A stretch of 64,000 bases of DNA. Origin: Trueperaceae bacterium (lineage in GTDB: Bacteria; Deinococcota; Deinococci; Deinococcales; Trueperaceae). Position numbers and translations under genes: made by a program. Shown in pieces: positions 58,078 through 64,000 of the stretch. The notes beneath the pieces were generated by a model. The model did not search any database. It was not told the origin of the DNA and saw nothing but the letters and a program-made list of their open reading frames with translations. Numbering within the stretch: position 1 is the stretch's first letter; every line of letters begins with the position of its first letter. The DNA lies in contig OZ243927.1 of assembly GCA_965213925.1 (NCBI GenBank), forward strand, positions 1,344,001-1,408,000, written 5' to 3'.

Positions 58078-60825
58078 ATGTCCGATACCGCACATGACAC
58101 AGGCGAGCGTGACGTAACGCACGACACCGACGAACCGCGCACCTACTACCGCGCCCCCGAGCCCCAGGGTCCCGCCGAGATGGGTCAGGTCATCCTAAAA
58201 GACGGCAGCACCGCCTACTTGCGCCCTGCGCGCCCCGAGGACAAAGACCTGCTCATCCGCTTCTTTAAGGGCATCTCAAAAGAGGCGTACGTGCGCCGCT
58301 TCTTCGCCGAGACGCCCTACGAGTCGGCTGCGAAGCGGATGCTCACGGGCGAACCTGTAGCGATGAAGCTCGTCTTGTTCGTCTTGTCGGGCGACCCGCA
58401 AGACCCGGATATCATCGCGGCGGGGGAGTACACCCGCGAAAAGGAGGGCTCGAAAGAGGCTGAGGTCGCCTTTTTAGTGGGCGAAAACCAGCGCGGCAAA
58501 GGTTTGGGCACGCTCCTGTTGGAGCGCCTGGCGCTGGTGGCGGCGCGGCACGGGATCGAGCGCTTTACAGCGGTGACGATGTCGCGCAACCGCGAGATGA
58601 TCAACGTCTTTAAGAGCAGCGGCTATGAGGTGAGGCGCAGGCTCGAGTACGGCGACGTCGAGATCGACTTCTCCATCCAGCCGAGCTTTGAAAGCGTCCA
58701 ACGGGCGGAGGCGCGCGAGCAGATCGCTACGGTCGCCTCGCTGCGCCCCTTCTTCGAGCCGGAGCGCGTCGCGGTGATCGGCGCGTCGCGCGAGCCTAAC
58801 AGCCTCGGTCAGCGCATCCTGTGGAACCTCCAGGACAGCGGCTTTCGCGAGAACCTCTTCCCGATTCACCCCGAGGCGGACACGCTCGCGGACCTAGAAG
58901 CCTACGCTTCACTCGAGGACGTACCCGACATCGACTTGGCTGTCATCACTGTGCCGAAAGAGCACGTTTTAGAGGTGGCGGAGGCGTGCGGTGAGAAGGG
59001 TGTGCGCTCGCTCATCGTCGTGAGCGCGGGCTTCGGCGAGACGGGCGAGGCGGGGCGCAGGGCGCAAGCAGACCTCGTCAAAAAGGTGCGCGGCTACGGG
59101 ATGCGTTTAATCGGACCCAACAGCATGGGGCTCATGAACGTGAAGCCCGAGGGGACGCTCAACGCCAGCACCGCCGCGACGCTGCCCAAGTGCGGTCCCG
59201 TGGCGGTCTCCTCGCAGAGCGGCGCGTTAGGGTTGGCGATTTTGGAGCACGCGCAGACGACGGAATTGGGGGTCTCGAGCCTCGTCAGCTTGGGCAACCG
59301 CGCCGACGTCTCTGGCAACGACCTCTTGCAGTACTGGGAAGACGACGAGCAAACCGGGCTCATCATCCTCTACTTGGCGACCTTCGGCAACCCGCGCCGC
59401 TTCGCGCGCCTAGCGCGGCGCGTCGGGCGAAAAAAGCCGATCTTAGCCGTGAAAGCGGAGCGTTCTGGGGCGCTTTCAGGCGCTATCGCTTCGGATACCG
59501 CTGTGGACGCCCTCTTTCGGCAGACGGGCGTGGTTCGCGCGCACACCTTTGAGGAGCTGTTCGACGTAGCGGCGCTCTTATCGCACCAGCCGCTGCCCAA
59601 GGGTAAGCGCGTCGCCGTCATCTCGAACGCGGGAGGACCGGCGAGTCTGGCAACCGACGCGCTCGCGGCAGCGGGGCTGGAGGTGCCGGAAACGGACGAG
59701 GCGACGCAGGAGGCTTTGCAGGGACCTTTGTTGGCGGGCTCGAGTCTATGTAACCCCGTCGACATGAGCGCCTTCGCCACCGCCCAGCACTACCGCTTGG
59801 CTGTCGAGACTGTTCTTTCAGGTGACGTCGACGCGCTCTTGGTGCTCTTCTCTCCCATCGGGCCTGCTCACGCCGAAGAGGTCGCAAACGCCATCGGCGA
59901 AGCGGTCATCGCCGCACGTGAGGCGGGGCACCACCAGAGCGTGCTCATCTGCTTTACCACCTACCAAAACGCGCGCCCCCCGCTCCCCGCCGGGGACGAA
60001 AACCTGCCCACCTACCGCTTCCCCGAGTCGGCGGTGCGGGCGCTCGCCAAAGCGCGGGAGTACGCGGCGTGGTGCGAGACGCCAATAGGCTCAATTCCTG
60101 ATTTTGCTGACTTGGATATTGCTGAGGCGAGAGAGGTCTGCCAAAACGCGCGAGAAAGGGGGGGCGGCTGGCTCACGCCGGAAGAGGTCGCGCGCGTGTT
60201 GCGCGCCTTCGGGCTGCCGCTCGCGCCGCACCGTCTAGCAAAGGACGCAGCGGGCGCGGTGAGCGCGGCGAACGACCTCGGCTATCCCGTCGTCGTCAAA
60301 CTCGCTTCGCAGACGCTTATGAACAAGTCCGACTGGGACGGCGTCAAGCTCAACCTTCAAGGCGAAGCGGACGTGCGCCGCGCCTGTAAAGAGATCGAGA
60401 CGACGCTGCAAGAGGCGGAGCGCGCGGACGACCTCTTGGGCTTCCTCGTGCAGCCGATGGTCGACGCGGGCACCGAACTCGCCATCGGCGTGCGCCAAGA
60501 CCCGCTCTTCGGACCGCTACTCTCGTTCGGCTTAGGCGGCGTCTACATGGAGGTCTTGCACGACACGGTCTACCGCGTGACGCCCCTGACGGGGCGCGAC
60601 GCCGAGGAGATGGTGCGCGAGGTGAGAGGGTATCCGCTGCTGACGGGCTATAGGGGTCACGCGCCCGCCGACTTAGAGGCGGTTCACGAGATGCTTTTAA
60701 GGGTCTCGAGATTGGTCGAAGAACTCCCCGAAATCGCCGAACTCGACCTCGACCCCTTCAAGGCGCATGGGCCAGGTCAGGGCTGCACGATTTTGGACGC
60801 GCGCATCCGCGTTGACGCCGAGTAG
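58078..60825 (+). CDS. GNAT + NDP-forming acyl-CoA synthetase-like + ATP-grasp protein (Pat-type lysine acetyltransferase)
   Basis: N-terminal GNAT (AEVAF.V...Q.GKGLG), AVIGAS, GPN.MG, SQSGA, NAGG, D.LFGP and ELDL.P. Confidence 0.92.
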   Translation: MSDTAHDTGERDVTHDTDEPRTYYRAPEPQGPAEMGQVILKDGSTAYLRPARPEDKDLLIRFFKGISKEAYVRRFFAETPYESAAKRMLTGEPVAMKLVLFVLSGDPQDPDIIAAGEYTREKEGSKEAEVAFLVGENQRGKGLGTLLLERLALVAARHGIERFTAVTMSRNREMINVFKSSGYEVRRRLEYGDVEIDFSIQPSFESVQRAEAREQIATVASLRPFFEPERVAVIGASREPNSLGQRILWNLQDSGFRENLFPIHPEADTLADLEAYASLEDVPDIDLAVITVPKEHVLEVAEACGEKGVRSLIVVSAGFGETGEAGRRAQADLVKKVRGYGMRLIGPNSMGLMNVKPEGTLNASTAATLPKCGPVAVSSQSGALGLAILEHAQTTELGVSSLVSLGNRADVSGNDLLQYWEDDEQTGLIILYLATFGNPRRFARLARRVGRKKPILAVKAERSGALSGAIASDTAVDALFRQTGVVRAHTFEELFDVAALLSHQPLPKGKRVAVISNAGGPASLATDALAAAGLEVPETDEATQEALQGPLLAGSSLCNPVDMSAFATAQHYRLAVETVLSGDVDALLVLFSPIGPAHAEEVANAIGEAVIAAREAGHHQSVLICFTTYQNARPPLPAGDENLPTYRFPESAVRALAKAREYAAWCETPIGSIPDFADLDIAEAREVCQNARERGGGWLTPEEVARVLRAFGLPLAPHRLAKDAAGAVSAANDLGYPVVVKLASQTLMNKSDWDGVKLNLQGEADVRRACKEIETTLQEAERADDLLGFLVQPMVDAGTELAIGVRQDPLFGPLLSFGLGGVYMEVLHDTVYRVTPLTGRDAEEMVREVRGYPLLTGYRGHAPADLEAVHEMLLRVSRLVEELPEIAELDLDPFKAHGPGQGCTILDARIRVDAE

Positions 60826-60832
60826 TCCTACC

Positions 60833-61972
60833 TCACGCGGCGTTGGACAAGCGGGTGTGTTCGGGGAGCAGCACCTCTAAGTATTGTTGGCTCGTCGTTT
60901 CGAGGGAGAAGTCGGCAGCGCGAGCTTGGAGTTCGGCGGACGACACGCTCTCGTTTAGGGTGCGCAACATAGCCTCCGCCAACCCCTGCGCGTCGCTAAC
61001 CGGAACGAGCGGACCATATCTGCCGCCCTCCAAAATCTCCCTGGGACCACTCGGGCAGTCCGTACTTACCACCGGACACCCACACGCCATCGCTTGGATG
61101 AGCACGCCGGGCAATCCTTCCCAAGCGGACGAGAGGACGAAGAGGTCCGCTCTGGACATGTACGCAAAAGGGTTGTCCACGAAACCAGGCAGCGCGACCT
61201 CTTCCCCTATGTCTAACTCGGCGACGAGCGCCTCCAATACCGAACGCTGCTGACCTTCGCCTAGAATCATCAGCCGGGCGGGGCGTTTTTCTCTCACCTT
61301 AGCGAACGCGCGCATAAGCGTCAGGTAATCTTTTTGTCCTGTCAGCCGCCCCGCGGCGAGGATGACGGGCGGCGTGTCGGGGCTGAACCAGGGATGGTTA
61401 AGGGGCGCGCGCGCCTGACGGTGTAGATCGTCGGTGACGACAGGGTTATAGATCGTACGTATCTTTTCGGGCGAGATACCGGTGAACCGCGCTACGTCTT
61501 CCGAGACGCCTTCCGAGACGCCGATATGCCCCGCCGCCCAGGGATAGAGGCGCTTCACCGCTGCGCGGAGCGTGCGGACTTTAAGGCTCTTGACGTCGCC
61601 TGGAAACATCATGTTGGACTCGCGCACGAACACGCGCGTCGAGACGCCCGCGAGCCGCACCGCCAGAATCGCCGCGACCGCCGCGTGGTTGAGCGTGACG
61701 AGAAGCGTTTGGGGCTTCGCGCGGCGCAAGTAGCGCACCAGCTTAGGTACGCTGCTCATCACGCCGCCACTCGCTAAGTCGACGACCTCGACCTCGCGCG
61801 GCACGTGGACCAGGTAAGGACCCTCGGCGGCCGCGAGGACCAGATCGACCGCCGCGCCCTGCTCCACAAAGCCCTGGCTCAAATTGACCATCATCCGCTC
61901 CGCGCCGCCGCCATGCAGGTTGGGCAAGTAGAGAGCGATGTCGGTGCGCTTACTCGTGAGAACATTATTCAT
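60833..61972 (-). CDS. Glycosyltransferase family 4
   Basis: GGAER, IYNPV, GRL..QK, EGLP.VL.QAMACG and GP.EIL. Confidence 0.95.
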   Translation of the reverse strand: MNNVLTSKRTDIALYLPNLHGGGAERMMVNLSQGFVEQGAAVDLVLAAAEGPYLVHVPREVEVVDLASGGVMSSVPKLVRYLRRAKPQTLLVTLNHAAVAAILAVRLAGVSTRVFVRESNMMFPGDVKSLKVRTLRAAVKRLYPWAAGHIGVSEGVSEDVARFTGISPEKIRTIYNPVVTDDLHRQARAPLNHPWFSPDTPPVILAAGRLTGQKDYLTLMRAFAKVREKRPARLMILGEGQQRSVLEALVAELDIGEEVALPGFVDNPFAYMSRADLFVLSSAWEGLPGVLIQAMACGCPVVSTDCPSGPREILEGGRYGPLVPVSDAQGLAEAMLRTLNESVSSAELQARAADFSLETTSQQYLEVLLPEHTRLSNAA

Positions 61973-62021
61973 GGATATATCCTGTGCGGGCTCTAGCTAG
62001 GTCGTCCATACGCCGTAGCCG

Positions 62022-63266
62022 TTACGCTTTAAGTTGCGCCCCTAGCTGGGGCTGCTCTTGGGGACGCCGCTTGCGCCGCCTACTCAAACTCAGGCTGCTC
62101 GGCAAGACGACAAAGGCGCGGTGGGTGGTGAAGAGCGACAGCAAAAACCAAGGCACTTTATAGGTGTGCCAGTCGCCGGGTATGAACGCGACGAGCATTG
62201 CACACCAGAGCACACAGTAAAACGCGCGTTCTCTAAAGGGGAGCTGCAAAATAGGGATGACGGGCACCGTAATGGTCAGTAAGAAGAGGGTGAACCCGAC
62301 CAGTCCGAGTTCGGCGAGGTTGGAGAAGTACGCGCTGTGCGCCGGTCTCGTGTGACCGCTCACCCGCTCGTAAATCTGGTTATAGCTGCCTGAGCCCTCC
62401 CCTTTGACCGGCGAGTCCATGAACGCTTGGAGACCCGCCATCCAAATTTGCTTGCGGTTACTGACGTTGCCCTCGGTAATCTCCTCGCTCACTTCAGTTA
62501 GGCGGTTGAGATTGCTCTCGGGAAGGTTGCTGATCGCGAAGACCGAAAGTGAAAGGATAATGGCGGTAAAGATGACGCGGCGCGTGATGCTCAAATAGCC
62601 GTAGGTTAGCGGGATCAAGCTGAGGCTTACCGCGCTGACGAACATGCCGCCCCTCGAGGCGAGCAGCCCGAGCGCCATCACCGCGAGGGGGATGTAGGCG
62701 AGAAAGAGCCAGTGCCGCGGCCCGCGCCTATAGTTCATGGCGAGATACCAGGTCATCGCGAGCCCAATGCCGATAAGCGTCGCGATGGAGTTGGGGTTGT
62801 CGTTGATTCCGGTGTAGCGGTAAAGCGCCTGCTCTGCGGTAGGTACAAACGGATTCGTAAGGAACTGATAAACGATAATCGTGAGCACGACGTAAGCGCC
62901 CGCGACGTAGGCTTGCAGGAGGAGTAAGCGCCGCTTCTGGGTACGGCACAGCTCCCAGATAAGCCACGACATCGCTAAAAACTGCAAAAAGGTTTCGAAG
63001 CGTGTTCGCGCGCCGTCCTGGTTGATCGACCAGAAGAAGCTGGCACCTATCCAGAGCAGATAGAGCGCGAACATAAGGAGAAAGAGCGACGGTGCCCTCG
63101 CCTTGAGCTTGCCTCCCCGAATGACGGCGAGCGCGCCGAACGCGAAGGCGATCATGCCGAAGAGCGAGCCCGCTGCACCCAAGCCGGGGATAGAGACAGC
63201 CCTTTCCCAGGGCATGGAGAAGACGAAAAGCCAGAGAGCGATGAAGGCGACGCGGTTGACATTCAT
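62022..63266 (-). CDS. O-antigen ligase / Wzy-like polysaccharide membrane protein
   Basis: Multiple TM segments; NPN, SRGG, R..IW, P..G.G.G and AH..Y...LAELG..G. Confidence 0.88.
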   Translation of the reverse strand: MNVNRVAFIALWLFVFSMPWERAVSIPGLGAAGSLFGMIAFAFGALAVIRGGKLKARAPSLFLLMFALYLLWIGASFFWSINQDGARTRFETFLQFLAMSWLIWELCRTQKRRLLLLQAYVAGAYVVLTIIVYQFLTNPFVPTAEQALYRYTGINDNPNSIATLIGIGLAMTWYLAMNYRRGPRHWLFLAYIPLAVMALGLLASRGGMFVSAVSLSLIPLTYGYLSITRRVIFTAIILSLSVFAISNLPESNLNRLTEVSEEITEGNVSNRKQIWMAGLQAFMDSPVKGEGSGSYNQIYERVSGHTRPAHSAYFSNLAELGLVGFTLFLLTITVPVIPILQLPFRERAFYCVLWCAMLVAFIPGDWHTYKVPWFLLSLFTTHRAFVVLPSSLSLSRRRKRRPQEQPQLGAQLKA

Positions 63267-63476
63267 GGTAGATTCCTTCCAGTCGACATCCCGAACCGTC
63301 GACCTGAGTAAAGCGCTTGCGCCAGGTGATCGGGCGTCGCACGGCGTTTGCGCTGCGTTTTGCCCCACCACACGTCCGCCGACCGGCGCAGACGCGCGGA
63401 CCTGCTCTCCCTACTATAGCGGCTCCGCCAAAAAACCGTGTGTCCTTTGTGGCGTTCACCCTGCCGCGTCATGCCC

Positions 63477-64000
63477 CTAGTCGCTCGTCCGCTGCTCGCT
63501 CAGCCAAGCTTGCAACATGAGCGCAGTCCAGATGGGCGAATACCCCTGCGTAAACCTGCCCGCCAAAAAGTCCTCCCACTGCTGGCGGACCGCGCCCGCG
63601 TCGAGTAGGCCCTCGCGCCCTAGCCGCTCCTCGCTAAGCAGGTCGTCCGCCCAATCTCTGAGCGGACCCTTGAGCCACTGCCAAATCGGGACGCTAAAGC
63701 CCTTTTTAGGCCGCTCGATGAGGGGCTTAGGCACGTAGCGGTAGAGAACTTTCCTGAGGAGCTGCTTGCCCTGTTCGCCCTCGAAGTTGAACTCGAGCGG
63801 GAAGCGCCAAGCGAGTTCGACCACGCGGTGGTCTAAGATAGGGACCCGCGCCTCTAAACTCACGCCCATGCTCGCCCTATCGAGCTTGACGAGAACATCG
63901 TCGGGCATAAAGGTCGTCATATCCCAGTACATCATGCTCTGCACGTAGTTTGGAAAAGAGGTCCAATCGGGGCGGTCCGCGAGATAGCTTTCGCTCTCTT
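63477..64000 (-). CDS. asnB: Asparagine synthase-like amidotransferase (3' part, runs off the window)
   Basis: L.K.DRASM.VSLEARVP.LDH and RPKKGF.VP..W; polysaccharide-cluster context. Confidence 0.9.
   Translation of the reverse strand, partial: ESESYLADRPDWTSFPNYVQSMMYWDMTTFMPDDVLVKLDRASMGVSLEARVPILDHRVVELAWRFPLEFNFEGEQGKQLLRKVLYRYVPKPLIERPKKGFSVPIWQWLKGPLRDWADDLLSEERLGREGLLDAGAVRQQWEDFLAGRFTQGYSPIWTALMLQAWLSEQRTSD

Noticed and set aside
1..64000. CRISPR array, rRNA, prophage or integron
   Set aside because: No regularly spaced direct repeats, rRNA-like sequence, phage genes or integrase were found by eye.

Overview
This is a high-GC chromosomal window that looks like Deinococcota, probably Trueperaceae-like. 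The taxonomy is inferred from a DdrA/Rad52-family paralog, the DUF5693-csaB pair, many apparently leaderless genes, an AUA-start infC and Deinococcus-style small intergenic repeats. Core genes are pyrG-udk, recA, infC-rpmI-rplT and tRNA-Arg(CCT). Metabolic blocks are a 2-methylcitrate operon (prpBCDE) with a divergent thiolase, a LysR/SolA/Rieske N-demethylation cluster, DhaK/DhaL, a Pat-type acetyltransferase and the end of a polysaccharide cluster (AsnB-like, Wzy/ligase-like, GT4). Accessory content includes two tandem lipoproteins of over 1000 aa, each with three separately Cys-capped LRR cassettes, and an intact IS982 with a 7-bp TSD. It also includes several palindromic or MITE-like repeat families, a helix-G remnant of a microbial rhodopsin, a cytochrome c remnant and two candidate sRNAs. 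Three single-base frameshifts (csaB, a TPR gene, a VOC gene) may be sequencing errors. No CRISPR array, rRNA, integrase or prophage was seen. All calls come from motif recognition by eye; no searches were run.
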